A stretch of DNA of 64,000 nt from Proteromonas lacertae (Eukaryota), in the NCBI GenBank assembly GCA_002245135.1, contig NGBS01000001.1:1-64000 (forward strand). The letters are read 5' to 3'. Positions 34,934 through 50,625 of this stretch are shown here, piece by piece (position 1 is the stretch's first letter; every line of letters begins with the position of its first letter). A program made the position numbers and the translations under genes. The notes under the pieces are model-generated. The model ran no database searches. It saw nothing but the letters and a program-made list of their open reading frames with translations, and was not told the DNA's origin.

Positions 34934-35604
34934 CTAGTTTTTATTTTTTAATTGATTTATAATTGGATTACCTGATGGGCCTTGAAAAACTGTTCCATTT
35001 GATAAAGGTAAATCTAATTTTGGAATAATTCTTCGTTTTTTTAGAATTGGAGTATTTCTATCAACTGAGTCTTTACATTTGTCAATGTCTGAATTATCTA
35101 CTAAACAATTTTGAGTTTTTCTTACTATTTCTCTCTCTTCTTCTAAATTCTTTCTTTTAGATTGATACGAGTGTTTTTCTCCTGGAATACATTTTGCATT
35201 TGGTTCTAATTCATATGCTTTTTTTATCCATGCCTTATATTCTCTTTCCAACTATTAATCATAAAGAATTCCTAATAATACAAATTCAGCTCTTTCTTTG
35301 AATTCTTTTATTTTATGTGCTGAATAATTTCGATTCACTTCTAATTGTTCTACATTGTACTGTAATTCTTTTTTGATTTTTGGTAACCACTTCCTTATAT
35401 CTCTAGATGTTTTCACAGTATCTCTATATTATCAAATTATAATGCATTTCTATACAAAGGTGGTCTTTCATAACTTCTTATTTGATCTTTATCTTTTGCT
35501 ATTACAAATCTGTAGAATAATTAAGAAAATATTCAAATTAACATAATATATATGGAAAATGATATATTTATCTCACTCTTCTGTTTTTCAGAATTTCTTG
35601 CCAT
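34934..35604 (-). CDS. Isy1-like protein
   Basis: MARNSEKQKS N-terminus; IRKWLPKIKKEL; LEREYKAW. Confidence 0.6.
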
Positions 35605-35667
35605 TCTGGTGTATGAAAATATTTTCGTTGCATTTCATTCCCCTCATTTTAGATTTTCTTTTGTTTT

Positions 35668-36373
35668 ATGTCAATTCAATCTGAAGGACTTTATTTTATT
35701 GCAGTTCCAGAGGAAGATAAACCTAATGGAGGATATGATGATATTGAAAAATGCATTAGTTCGTCAGTTAACTCATTTTGTGGTATTTTATGTTTTATTA
35801 GGTTTTAGATATTCACCGATTTGAAATACCGAAATTACCAGTTGGTACCCTTGAAATATTGATGGTATTTTTTATATAAGTATATTTTGTATGTAGGTTC
35901 TTTCAGAAGAACTTATCAAAGTGGATACTCAAGGAAGAGGCGTATTAGATAAAATTAGAAAGGCTTATTATGAATTAGTCCAAGAAGGTAGTAGAAATTC
36001 ATTGTTAGTTGCAAATGGAACAATATTAGATTATTTAAAGAGTTTTGTGTGGAATGAGACAAGTTTTTCAAAGACAGACAAACTCCAAGAATTGTCTAAA
36101 AAGATATCTGATGTATATATTGTTCCATTTATTAATTGAGAATAGAAATTTGTTAATGAAGAAACAGAAATTCGTAAAATGAATAACAGATATACAGAAA
36201 TAAAGAATCAACTTGTAGCATTGAAGCGTAAGAGCGGTACAACGTTATTATCTGCTCCAATATCCTCAATATTAACAAACGATGTAATATTGCAAGGAAC
36301 AGGAGGTATGACTCCATCTGAATTATTCATAAATACTGATTTTATGAAAACTATAGTTATTGTTATATCAAAG

Positions 36374-36405
<32 letters not shown>

Positions 36406-37013
36406 GAACTCAAGAAAAGGAATTCTTAGCATCTTATGAGAAGTTATATTCCATCACCAATAATACAAATGGAACAGTAATGTATGGAACAATACCAAAA
36501 TCAGCAAGAAGAATTATTGAAGATAAAGATAGTTATGTTTTATATACTATAGTTATCTTGAAGAAATTTGAAAATGAAATTAATGAGATATGTAAAGAAC
36601 ATCATTATCATATTCGTGAGTATGATCTTGCTGAAGAAACAGATAAACCAGAAATAAAAGATGAAGAGAAAATAGCAAAATTAGAAAATGAAGAGAAGAA
36701 TATGAAATCGAGTATTACTAGATGGTGTAGACCTCATTTCAGTGATATTTATCAAGCTTGGGTGCATCTAAAAGTGATTCGTGTTTATATTGAAGCTATC
36801 TTGAGATATGGTTTACCTCCTAAATTCATTTCAGCAATTATTAAAGTAAGACCAAAGATGGAAAAGAGGTTAGAAAAATCTTTAATTACAAAGTATGAAC
36901 ATTTAGGAGGTAAAATAAAGGCATATGAAAAAGATAGTAACAGCAGTATTATTGGTGGATCAGATACTACTAATTATCCATTTGTTTGTATTAATATTGA
37001 ACGATTAGCTTAA
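35668..37013 (+). CDS. ATP6V1C: V-type ATPase subunit C
   Basis: FEIPKLPVGTL, SFVWNE, AWVHLKVIRVYIEAILRYGLPP; spliced. Confidence 0.95.
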
Positions 37014-37141
37014 TATTGAAAGATGTTGAAATATTATATTTGTTATTATGTTATTGCTTTAATAGTTTTGTTGAATAGAAATAATTTGATATTCATATAT
37101 AATATAAATTAAAAAAAATCATCATCATATCTTTTGAATTG

Positions 37142-38692
37142 CTATGATTTATTTCCTTGTTCTCTTAATTTTTGTATTTTCTCTCGAATTGCAATCATTC
37201 TTGGGTCATCTGTTTTAGTTGGAGGGACAATTCCGCTAGAACCGTTGGCTTTATTGCTATTAATTCTTTGAACTTGAGTATTCAATACTCTTTCATGTAA
37301 AGATTCTAATCTTGCTGAAAATGCTGATTTTGGCTCAGACTATTAAATGTATATAAATATGATAAAATACTGGTAGGTTATATTGAGATTTCAATTGTTT
37401 CAATCTTTCTTTCACATCCATAGCAGTGTTTGATTGCAAATAATTATTTGTCAAATTCATTGTTCTTTCTTTAGAAGCAATTGTATCTAATTCTCTTATA
37501 ATGTAAGTACTATAAACAGACCCTAACTGTTGAAGGTAAATATCAATATTAATCTGAGGATGTTGTTGTTTAAACTCATATAACATAGGAATAGTTGGAC
37601 AAGAATTAATCTCTTTTCTTGTTAATTTTGCTATTTCTTGTGTTATATTCTGAAGCATTTGCTGTAATCTAGCAATATTATCATCTTCATCATCATCTTC
37701 ATCTTCATTATTGTTATTATTATTATTATTCTGTAATAAACTCATAATCTTTGAATATAATACATCTTGTAATGAAAACTTATTAATTTGTGTTTGTAAT
37801 AAATCATATTGTGATTCTACATAATCTCTAATCAAATCATCCAAAGTTAAATCCATTGAATTCTGATATCTTTTGTATAAAAGAGATGAATATATTTTAT
37901 TTAATGATGGTATAAATATCTCACAATTGATTCTACTGTATGGTTCACTTTGTTTTGCTTCAGCATGTCTTATTTTATCCAACATCTTTAATATTACTTG
38001 TAACTTCTGTTCAACGTATTTTTCTCTAATACTTGTCAAGTATAATGTTTGACAAATTGCTGCTAATAACAGTGTTGTATTTGCTGATTGTAATACACGA
38101 ATTAATACATGTTGAAATGCTTGTGCTAAATCCTTTAATTGATCATTCTCCTGTAGTGTATCTCCTAATAACCCCTTTAATGATAATTGTAATAGATTTT
38201 CAAGAGATTTTTCACTTATCAATTGTGCAATTCTGGGTTGTTGGAATATTGCCATAAATCCTGATAATGTAACAGATAACATTCGTGAATCTACTTCACT
38301 TCCTTTAATATTATCGCCTAATGATAATCTTGCACATTCTATCAAATCTGTTACTAATTTATCCCACTTCATGTTTATTAACTCATCAATTGAATCACCT
38401 TCTAACACTAATTTTACTATAATCTTGCATGAATCAACAGCATCATTGTGATCTCCACGATATAAATCGATAATTTGATATGGAAGAACTCCTGTTTCAT
38501 ATCTTATTATTATATTCTCTAATTTTAATATTATTCTATCTATTATTGGCATTTCTTCATCTGATTCAGTTTCTTCCTCTTGTTCTTCTTGTGGTAGTGG
38601 TTCTCTTGAATATAGTGGCGAATCTACATAACTATCACCTAAACTCATTCTCTTAAAGTTAAATACTTACATAACATTAAAGAACTAAATAG

Positions 38693-38732
<40 letters not shown>

Positions 38733-41700
38733 AAATGATATATTTGAATCACTGCTTAATGCAGTTACATTTGCATCTGAATTAACATAATTCTCTCCAT
38801 CCTCAACTTCTCCTTCTTGATATTGATATTGATCTTCACCATAATTATAATTGTAATTTCCATATACATCTTCATCTGTATATTGTTCTACTTCTTGTTG
38901 TTGTTGTTGCATCTCCTCTTCATAATTATCTTCTTCTTCTTCTGATGCTGCTATTACTACAGGTCTTTGTCTTGGTGGTGTATATCTTGGTATTCCACTA
39001 TTTCGCTGTTGTGCTATTAATGGATGTGGTGGAGGTGTTTTCTTAGCTCCAACATATGGTGATGTATGGATTTTCTATTAAATAATAATTAATATTAATA
39101 ATATTATGATTATACAGTATCAGGTATTTCAATATTGGAATGTTTAATTCTTTCTGCTATAAGATCTTGTATTTTTTTTGGTAAATCAGGTACTAAAGCG
39201 TATATTCTTTCCACTACATATTCAAACTCAATATATAATTGAATAGTTATTTCTAATGCTGAATTTCTAATATCTTTATCATCACTACCAACCAATTTAA
39301 TAATATTCTGTAATCCCTTCTTTGGTACAGCAACACTTCCTCTATCTCTCACTAATATATTTATTTCTACTAAACACTCAGTTACTACCCTTTTATTCTT
39401 ATTATCTAATTGGTCTATTAAATATGGAACTATTTTTTCTGAATCATATAAACTCCATATTAAATTCATCAAATCATGACCACTCTTAACGAATCTAATT
39501 TTATTTGAACCAAAGAATTTCTCTAGTATTGTTGGTAAAATGATAGAAACTTCTTTATCAAGGAAATGATAACTATTATAATATAAAATATATATAATAT
39601 ATACTCTTTATTATCTAACATGGTAAATAAATTAGTGTAAAAATCAACAATTGTTGCTGTTTGAGTGGTTAAATCTCTTCCTAATAATTTCAATGTTACA
39701 TATTTCAATAATAAATCCAATATTGACACTACTTCATCTGGATTAGTTTGAACTGCTTTGATTAATAGTTTTAATGCTTGTAATACATCTACATCTTTCT
39801 TAGAAAACATTAAATCAAATAATTCAGTTGGTAAATATGGTTGGATCAATCTCTTCACATCTCCCATATATTGTTCTTCTCTTACTGTAGTATTCCATAT
39901 TGTACGATCTTTATTAATTCTATCATATTTCACTGCATCAGAACATAATATAAAGTATTCATTTGAACCACCATTCTCTATATCCACAAACATATTTGGA
40001 CGAACTTTAGCTTGTTTATTAGCTGGACCTAATGTCTTTGTAACTGGAGGAGGAATACCTGATGATTGTTTTGTAGATGGCATTTCTGTTTTTGCATAAA
40101 CATTCTTCTTCTTCATTTGCAGTGGAGAACTACCTTTGATTATATCATTCTGAAACATTATATTGTTATTGTTGTCATTTATATTAGCAGATTCAAATAT
40201 ACTATCTAATCTAGGTTGTACCTGTCTTAATACAGCTGGTTTATAATCTCTAGTAGCATTAATAATTGGATTTCTACCTAAATGTTGAACTACAATAATT
40301 AAACAACTTTCAGCAACATCTCTTACAGCCTTTAAATTATCTTGTATTGATTCAACTAATGGTTCAACTAAACAATCAAATGTATTAGTTTGTTTATTAT
40401 TTAGATACTTAATCAACCATGATAGTACTTCTAATTTATTCTTATTCCCTTTTATAACATCAGCTACATATGGAATAACACTGTTTATTGATGATATATC
40501 ACCATCATGATCTACCCATTTATCTAATGTATCATATAATACAGAGGTTATATTCTTTCTACTATTTGTTGATATACCTAACATATATGGCAATACTGAT
40601 TTATTGAATTGTGTAATATCTGGACCAACACAAGCTGCTAAATATCCTAATACTTCGACAGCTTTAGATTGAAGATTCTGATTTGGTTCGAATTTAATTC
40701 TGTCTCTTAATGCTAATACTACTTCTTTCACTGTAGGTGTTAATTCAATTTGAAATGTTGATTGCAATAATACACTCAAATCTGACATTGCTTGATTTCT
40801 ATTCTTCCAAGCTTCTTTGTTTGAATTATCAGTTAATTTGACTAATAAAGGCTGTAATTGTTTAGATATATCAACTGCTCTCATAATATCATTATTATTA
40901 CCATTATTATCTTCTTCACCCTCTATTTCTATTGGTGGAACATAATCTACTTTATATTCTGCTTTAGAAAGTGCTGTTTCTATTGTATTAGTTAATTGAT
41001 TGGAGAGATTATAACATGTTAACATTGGTGATAATTGTGGTCCAAGTTGTTCATATAATGATGTTAATACTTTTAATGATTCATTCTTTGCTGATGAATT
41101 AGGAGATTGTAAACACTATTATATTATAATATATATATATATATACAGTATTAGCAGTAACATAATCCAATATACACTTTATATCCAATTTATTTATACC
41201 AAAATCACTAATTGCTTTTGATAAATATGATAATATAGTAACATGTACTGCCATTGATTTAGTGGGGATAATTAATGGAATTATTAAATCAATAGTCCAT
41301 TTTGGTGATATCTTTATTGATGATTGGTTGTATATTTCTATTAGAAATGGAGATAATCTTCTTTCACTTATCTTCTCAACTGTATTCTTAATCATGTAAT
41401 TAAATAATTTCTTCTGTTTTGGTGCTTTTTGTGCTAATAATTGTAATATTTCATACACACCTAATGCTACATTCAATACTCCGACTTTAAACCCTTTATT
41501 AAGTGAATATAAGTATATTAACAAAGGTTCAACCATATTACTATCATCTTCAAGAGTATTGACATATTCTTTAATATCATTGTAACTCTTAGATTTCTCA
41601 AGCCAAACTGAATTAGTGATATTTACTTTAATCTCTTCCCAATTTGGTATTTCACTATTATCTAATACCATCATTGCATCTTCTAATGAAATCATTGGTT

Positions 41701-43788
41701 CTAATGGTAATTCGTTCATTGATGATTGTTTATTATTATCTCTTCCTGAAGTAATGCCTTTCTTTATTGATATTTTTGCACTGGATGCTCCTGATTTTGC
41801 TCCTAATTGAGATATCTTCTTTCCTCCTCCACCACCACCACTTGGTTTATGATAATATCCTGTATCTGGAGATGCTGGTGGAGTTAAACCTTTTCTATTG
41901 GATATTAATGGAGATGATGGAGTTTTCTTCAATGTTTGTCCTGCAGATAATGGAGCTTCAATACCATAATTACTAGATGTATTTGATAATTTATATGTAT
42001 TAGTTACTTTCTTATATAACATTATATTCTGTTCTTTCAACTGTATTAATAATTGTTTAGTAAATGGATAATCTAAACCAAATAATCTTAACATTTCTAA
42101 TGAAAATTCATAAATACCTTCTCTCACTTGTAAGTTTCCATCTGAGAAACAACTGATAAATGCTTGTAAGGTAATACTAATATCACTATCTGGCATATCT
42201 TTTAATTGACTTGTTATATATCTCATTATTGAATATCTGATCTGTGGTAATGGCTGACTACTTGATATATTTTCAAATAATACTTTTGATGCTTCTGAAT
42301 ATGGGATACAATATTTTGTCAATGATTCTAAGATTTTGTTAATTGATTCTTCTAATTGTGTTTTTTTGTTTTTATAATATGGTATTATCCATTTCAATAG
42401 ACCTTTTGCTTCTCTTCTCATATCACTTCTTCTACCTTCTATCAAACACCAGATTGCATTCAATCCATGAATTTGTATTTGTAAATTACTATTTCGTGTA
42501 ACTAACTTCACTAATGATGAATACAATTCACTGTAATCACCTTCTTCGATTTTTGGATGTGAACCACAAGTATTTATGATTATGTCCAATGCTTCACATT
42601 TTACATTCCATTTTGGACTTTCTATCTTTTTAGCATAATCTCCTTCCTTCATGGCTTTTTTAATATTCACATAAGGTAAATCATCATAATTTTCACTATC
42701 AAGACCATCAGCTGAACCACATACTTCTGGAAGAGGTTCATTCGCTATTTCTTTGAAATTTGGTTCTAAATCAGTAATTAAATTGGAATTGACTTTATTA
42801 ATCCAAGGTTTGACTGCATCTCGAACATAACGGTATAATTCAACCACATAATTCTTAAATGCTTTTACTACAATTTGATTGGTTGCTTTACCCAATATAC
42901 CTATAACATCATAATAATAGGAAATTGGAACTCCTTTTGGACCAAATTTAGATATAGCATAAATGTAACACTTCAGTATATTCACAGGTATTTTTGGTTT
43001 TCTGTTTGACAAGCCTTTAGCTAAGATTTCAAAAATTGTGGAATGATTCTCAGGACTGTCTAGTAATGTATTAATTATTTCACATCCTTTGTTAGATGTT
43101 GTGTCTTTTAAACCGCCAAGTACTTTATTTATCATATCAGGAATAATTTCAGTAATTTCTTCTAATGTTAACTGACAATGTTGAACATAAAATAAGACTG
43201 AATCTAATCCTACCATTTGTGCTTGAGCATTGTTATCATTAATTACTGGCATTATAAAATAACTGTATTGAGATAATACTGTTGGATTAGCTTCATTTTC
43301 TTTTAAAACCTTCTTTATATCTGCATAAGCCTTCTTTCTTACGTTTACTTTCTTCATTAAAACTCTTTGTTCAAGAGGAAGTCTATATAATTATATATAT
43401 AAAGTTCAAATACTTGCAATCATCACAAGGACAATCATCTTTTCCAGTACATTGAATTTCGTTCTATTTATAATAAATATAAATTATAAAATAGTATATA
43501 TACAGTTGCTTCAGGAACAACTCCTGAAGAAATACCAGCCATTTCTTCCATAGCTCCTCTATATATTAAAAAATATACTTAATACCGACATTTAGAACAT
43601 TTACAATTGGCATCTCTTGTACAAACCTCATCTTCCTATACATGTAAAAATAGAATTAATTAATACTTGATTTTGTGGTTTACTAATAGTTTGCATATCC
43701 GCGAGAGATGCTCTATACAATATAATAATAAATGAGCTTACGTGCACATAGGACAGGTACATGAAGCATTTCTAGTACAAACTGACAT
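37142..43788 (-). CDS. CKAP5: XMAP215/ch-TOG/MOR1 microtubule polymerase
   Basis: Multiple TOG/HEAT domains (DNNAQAQMVGLD, ESPKWNVKCEAL, WKNRNQAM, KNKRVVTECL); multi-exon. Confidence 0.92.
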
Positions 43789-44227
43789 ATTTTCTTTTAT
43801 ATTTTATTACAGTATAATCAAAATGATCTTTGAAATATATAAAAATTAATTCTAAAGTGATGAAATGAGTTAAGAAAATTCAAAAATTTATTGTTTCAAA
43901 AAATTGAGTCGTTTTAATAAATTCAAAACATTTGAATATAGTAAAGTAATTCATAATCTAGAAATATTTATTTAGCTGCTTTTAGAATATTCAAAATTAG
44001 ATAATTGTAACAAAAATCATAAAAATAATTAGAATTCTGTCTATTTTGTTGTATAATTCTACCTAAAATGATATGCTAATTAAAACTATTAACTACTTTA
44101 TCCTTATATAACCTTAGTTTTAGAGATATTTCTTTTGGCGCGCAAATATATTCAAGCTTCGTTTCAAATTTCAAATTTGAAAGTGATTAGGATTTAGTTT
44201 TGATTTTTGTAGCTTCAGCAGTATTTA

Positions 44228-45990
44228 ATGGAACAGCGTATTGGTTTTGAAGATAATGGTATGCTTTATATTCATATATTGATAGAAGTAATGCATAACT
44301 TCGAAGATGATTTTATGAATTGTCACCAACTGGTTAATAGAAATAATAAAGTACTATAATTTTCGGTAATAACATATTAATAAGGATGAAATTAATGAAA
44401 TATTCAATTTTAAAGCATTTGAACAAAATAGCAATAATTTAATCATGAGGAACACAGACTCCATATCAAAGAATAATAACGATAATAATTATAAAATTCC
44501 AGCAAAAGATGAAAAGGTTTTATACATTTTTTTAGTTGATTTTATTTAGGGTGATGTTTACAACGGTTGGAATATGAATTTAATATCTCCCGATTTGTTA
44601 GCTGAAGATCATGAAGAGTTCACATTGTCACCACTCAATGATTCAATTAATTACCATCAAACCTTATCAAGCTCAGTCAAATCATCTCCTCTACAGCATC
44701 AGCAGCAAGAAGACAAATGTAGTTCATACGTTGAGTCATCTGAAAGATTGCTGAACATACCATATCCTTCTCAAATCCAAGATGATTATCAGCAACAAGA
44801 ACAACAACAACAAATATCAGATAATATTTCAAATGATGTTCCAGCTACACCTGTAGAAAATGGTAGGATATTTTTATAAACATAATAATTGAAATAGATT
44901 TATATGTAATTTCACCATCATTTAATAGTTCAGATAATCAGATAGAACAACAACAACAACAACAACAACAACAGGATGAGAATAGAAATATGAATGATTC
45001 GTTATATATATCGGAGGATAGTAATATAAGATTATTATCCTCTCCATCTGATCCACTGTTATTAGAATCATCTCCAATATCATTCCATTCAAATAACAAC
45101 AACAGAAATATGAATAAAAGTAATTCATTTCCATCATATAATAATAATAATAATAATGCTTCACCACCTTTATTGCCTTTATCAAATAATAATTTACCAA
45201 TTCCATTCAATGAGAATAATGATTTGTTTATAAATAGTTCAATTATGGAAGACAATCCCAGTATAAATAGTTGGAATAATAGTTGGTGTAATAATCAACA
45301 ATATTGTATTAATAATACTTCTATACTGTAATAGATACACCTTTATTATCTCAAGAATTTGATTGTAGCCTATTTACTAATGATAATACTATCCTAGCTG
45401 CATCGATAAATGATAGTAGTAATTATAATGAACCAATATTACTTCACTCAAGAAAAAGAACTTCAATACAAGATAATATGTATTTATTCTATTATAATAT
45501 ATATATATATATAATAATAGTATGCAACAACAACAACAGGAACAACATGAATATACTGCTAGTGAAATGACATTAATGAAAAGACCCAAAGTTCCAATGT
45601 CTAATAGAGTATGTCATGAATGTGGAACAACAGTTACTCCCAAATGGAGAAGATCTCCACCTCCACATAGATATATACTATGTAATGCATGTGGTTTGCA
45701 ATATACTAAAGATATAGAGAAAGGATATTATCCTTCTGCTATTAATCAAATGAATAATTCTAATTTATGTCAAGGAAGAGAATGTGTTAATGCAAGGAAG
45801 AATGGAATTAAATTATATAGAAGATTATTTAATAGAAGTATATATATATATACATTTATATATATTGATAGAATTGAAGTTGTGTTATTATTGCAATAAA
45901 GAAAGAATGATAAAATCAAATAGTTCAAGTTCTTTTTCTCGTCATTCGAATGATTCAACTGATACTGATTCAAATTCTGCATATATTTAA
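44228..45990 (+). CDS. GATA zinc-finger transcription factor
   Basis: CHECGTTVTPKWRR...LCNACGL; low-complexity N/Q/S upstream exons. Confidence 0.85.
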
Positions 45991-46114
45991 ATTAATGTGT
46001 ATTTGTGAGAAGAAAAATATATAATTTTATTGAATGTTTATTTATTATTTAAATGATATATAATGTAATTTTGATTTGTAAAAAAGAATAAAAAAACAAT
46101 TCATATTTAACTAA

Positions 46115-47112
46115 TTATAGTAATATCCCTTTGTTCCTTAATTCTGTCGAAGATATTGTATTAAAATATTCATTCTTTGTTATAAAATAAAATAACTTTA
46201 AACAATTATCAGGTATTAGAGGTCTTATGCTATTTTCATCCCATACTAAATCAGATTTACCATCTTTTCGTGGAAATACTAAAAAACTACTATTCGATTT
46301 CTTTATAATATCAACTGCATTGCCGAAATCAGAATCACTATTATTGTAGTATTTCTTATCAAAAAGACGAATTGCTGTATCACCTCCAATCAAGAACATG
46401 CAACTTTTGAACAGTTGAACTTTCTCAATCTAATTATACAATAAAATATAATACACAATACAAATTTTGGTGTTGTTGTTAAAACAACATTTAATTTAGA
46501 TACTTCAAATTGAGATAATCTCTTTTTGCAGATATCTTCATCGAGTGGCGGTTTATCAACATTAAATATAGATAATTCATACACAACATCATTATATTTT
46601 ATATTGTTTCTTTTACACCATTCACAACCAAATTCTCCCATTGATATATGACCTTCATGTAATGGATTAAAACTACCTGATATTATTAAATCATTATGAA
46701 AAGGGAAATCCTTAATTAAATATTCACTACTCACGACAGATGGAGTATATAATAATGATAAGGCAGTATTGGAGATAAGATCTTTGTAAGTTAGTTTAAT
46801 ACTATAAAGAAATAATTATTTGAAATATTACTTTGGTTGTATTTCAAATTCATTAATCACTTTATCAAATGTTTGATATATATTAATATCACTTGATAAA
46901 TCAACAGGATGTTTAACTCTAAGATATATAGGATAAAACAGTGGTTATACTCATATCTTTTCATAAATGAGGTAATTTTAAATATTGCTTCATTATTTAG
47001 CATTTCAACATTCATCACACAATTTTTGGCATTTAGCTATATCAATATATATATTCATATTATATAATACACCATTTTCTATTGAAGTAATGTTAAATTC
47101 TTTTCTCATCAT
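46115..47112 (-). CDS. Cytidylyltransferase/NMNAT-like nucleotidyltransferase (start uncertain)
   Basis: SGSFNPLHEGH (HxGH), ELSIFNVDKP, IGGDTAIRL, ISSTELR. Confidence 0.82.
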
Positions 47113-47375
47113 CAGATTTAAATCTCTAGTGTATTAAAAGTTATATACTTGTCTAAGTTAGACATATCATTCGAAATTTTGATTCTAGATTCATTTTTAA
47201 ACACTAACAAAACAATTTAGCTTATATACAAGATAATATTCTATCGATTTTTGTTTGTAACAATATCTTACCACCATCAACAAAAAATTTATTGTGTAAT
47301 AATACTTCCATACCGTTTTATCAGGATTTTTATCTTTTTGATTTGAGTGAAAGCTTGATATTTCAATTTGAAAAA

Positions 47376-48689
47376 ATGATGATAGAGAAGGTAATAATTG
47401 ATTTTATTGTATTTTATAGGTTGAAAAATACAAGAGTGAGTTATTTAAATACATATCAATAAACACTGTATTTATTCTTGCATTTCTTCTTCGAATTATT
47501 CTGTTAATCTACTCAGAATGGCAAGACCATAATTGTATATAGTTAATAATTTATATATTTATATACAGTTGCTGTTAAATTTACTGATATTGATTATTAT
47601 GTTTATACTGATGCTGCAAGACATATGTATAATTTGGAAAGTCCTTATGATAGAGCTACATATAGATATACACCTTTAATGTATATTATTATATCTTAAA
47701 TATTAAATAGAGCATTACTGTGTATACCTAACATATTTATTCATCAATTCGCCAAAATATTGTTTATTGTACTAGATATAGTTAGTGGTATTCTTTTATT
47801 AAGAATTCTTAACAAATCAAACATATCCTCTCTCTTAATTCCTCGATGTTTAGCATATTGGTTATTAAATCCAATTACAATTACGATATCAGTTCGTGGT
47901 AGTAGTGATATAGTGACAATAGTGTTAATATATTCCTCAATTTATTTTTTACTATCCAATCAATATGTTTATAGTGGTTTATTTCTTGGATTATCTATTC
48001 ATATTAGATTATATCCTGTTATTTATACACCAATATACTTATTTACTATATTCAACCAATATAAAGGCAAGGATAGATATGGAGTATTTAAAGATTGGTT
48101 TAAATTCTGTTTTTCTGTTGGAATTGTGGTTTTATCATTGATTATTGTATTTTATTTATGTTATGGATTTCCATTCCTATATGAAACATATTTATATCAT
48201 TATATTCGTAAAGATAATAGACATAATTTCTCTTTTCTATTTTATTCAATATATTTATTATATTCAAATAAATTAAGTACAATCATCAGTCTTTTATCAT
48301 TTTTACCTACTGTTATATTGATATTATTATATACAGTGAGATTTAGAGAGAATATATTCGTTTGTATGTTTCTTCAAACAATTTCATTTGTTATTTTTAA
48401 TAAAGTAATAACAGCTCAATATTATGTATGGTATTTGTCACTCATACCTTTTATTATTAATTATATTGAAATATCATTTTGTAAAGGTATTGTCTTGTGT
48501 TTATTATGGTTATTAACAGAATTACATTGGTTGTTGTGGGGATATTATTTGGAAATGAAAGGAATGAATACATTTTTAGGAATTTGGATTGCAAGTGGAA
48601 TATTTTTTATTGTTCATGTGTATATTATTATGAATGTTATAAAACACTCAAAAATTAACAAAAATATTAGCCATCTAAAGAATAATTGA
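47376..48689 (+). CDS. PIGM: GPI mannosyltransferase I
   Basis: [44 protein letters not shown]. Confidence 0.95.
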
Positions 48690-48719
48690 TTAATTTTGTT
48701 TATTATATTAAATATTATA

Positions 48720-49216
48720 TTATTGCATAAATGATAAACTGTATATGGTGATTCTTCCATAAAAATCTGTTGATTTCTTAAACAGTAACTTCAATTCAAT
48801 AACATCTTCTTCTGTTTTATTAAATTTATACTCCTAGTAGTTATACAAATACATTAATTATACTTGCTTTGAATTGATATCTAAAGAATCAAAATCTTGA
48901 ACAAATGACAATTCACTTTCATTTTTTCTTTTTACAAACACATCAAAATTCTCTGCAACAAATCCTCCTTGAAAACATATTTCTATTGATGAAATAGATA
49001 CAGATTCTTTAAAATTAAACAACAACCATTGATTATTACCCTATAAACAATATTATTCTACAATACTTGGTCAGAATTCCAACAAGTTTCAGAATTTGAA
49101 TCAAATATGTTTTGAGGACCAAATTTTGACTTCTTTTTGTTTAACACCGATGATGCTCTATACTTATATTATATGGAATACTTAATTATAATGTTATCTG
49201 ATGAGATAATGGACAT
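48720..49216 (-). CDS. NR2C2AP: NR2C2AP/TRA16-like discoidin-fold protein
   Basis: ASSVLNK, ETCWNSDQG, FQGGF, STDFYGRITIY across 4 exons. Confidence 0.85.
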
Positions 49217-49311
49217 TTTTTATTTCAAAAATATTTGGCTTGTTTGTCAAAATAGAAATGAAAAATATAAAAGAGCAAAAACAAAAAAACAACAATATTA
49301 ACAATATATGT

Positions 49312-50625
49312 TTATATCCAATCTCCATTTGCAATTTTCTGTGGTAAATATATTTCTGATAAATATTGAAATCCAAATGTACTTAAAGCCTCTATTCAAT
49401 CATATATAATATATAAAACATACGAATTTCAGCTTTTTCTCCAGTTTCAATCATTAATTCAAGTTCTTTATACCATTTAGGATTTTGTTTAACAAAATCT
49501 TCTTGTAGCAATTCCTTCCCAGTTTTAATATCATGTTCTGTCATCTTTAATCTACAATTACTAGGAATTTTATATTTATTCAAGTCACTAGGCCTTACAC
49601 CCAACCATTTTATATCTGGTGTAGTTAAATTACTACTATCATAACTTAGATTCTTTGAACCAGACATATACACTGATAATATCTTTAAACCGTATGGATC
49701 TGAATCTACAAGACCTAATACTGGTAATTTAAGTGTTTTTCTTATTAGTTTCAAGAACAATCTAGTAGCAACATCAGGTTGTCCTTTCGCTGTAATTATA
49801 ATACATGGATATTTATTATAGAATCTATCCTCGGCTAATCTCATAAAAGCAGCATCTTTTTCTACTAATAATATAAACTGAGCACCTGTTGTATGTATAT
49901 TCGTTATTTTTTCAGTAGTAGGAGGTATAGCTTTTCCTCCTATACCCATTTTTTTACAGTCTATTAAATCACCATCTTCAAGGAATGTAATATCACCAAT
50001 CACTACTCCTTTCTCTGAAGCAACTACATTTAGAGATGTACGAGTACAACCACACATACATGCTATATCTTCTAAGACTGTATCTGACTCATTTTGATCT
50101 TTGAATAATTTACAATCTGTATAAAACAAATCTCTCTTTGTAACATGAATTCCTTTCAACAAAATTTCGTAGATCAATTGCATTATACGAGTTGTAATTG
50201 TCACTTTTCGTACAGTTTGTGTATTTAAAAATTTTCTTATACTTCTCTGAGTTCCTAACACCAATCTATTATTTAATTCAATAATAAAAAAAGTATAATG
50301 TATACCTATCAACTTCTGCAATATATAGTTGATTTTTATTGTTTCTAGATGGCACAGACAATTCACAATCACCCCCTTTCATTATTTTATCAACAATTTC
50401 ATAAGTAATCTGTTTAATTTTCTCATTAACTTCTAAAGGAGATAATTCTAAAACTTCGGTGTATTTATCTGGATCTAACCTTTCACTGTTTTCAATTTTG
50501 TGAAGAAACTCAGTTGTGTCTTTTCTCAATTTCAATATTTGTGATAAATCAACTTCTCCCCCATCTTCTTTTGCTTTAACCTTCTTATTTGCTTTTGGAG
50601 GGATATTTTGATTTTGTCTTTTCAT
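49312..50625 (-). CDS. TOP6A: DNA topoisomerase VI subunit A (SPO11-3 type)
   Basis: TKRDLFY catalytic Tyr, VEKDA, KGQPD, DSDPYG, KAEIQAL; intron junctions. Confidence 0.93.

Noticed and set aside
36374..38729. (AT)n tracts at ~36374-36400 and ~38697-38729
   Set aside because: Ordinary intronic microsatellites
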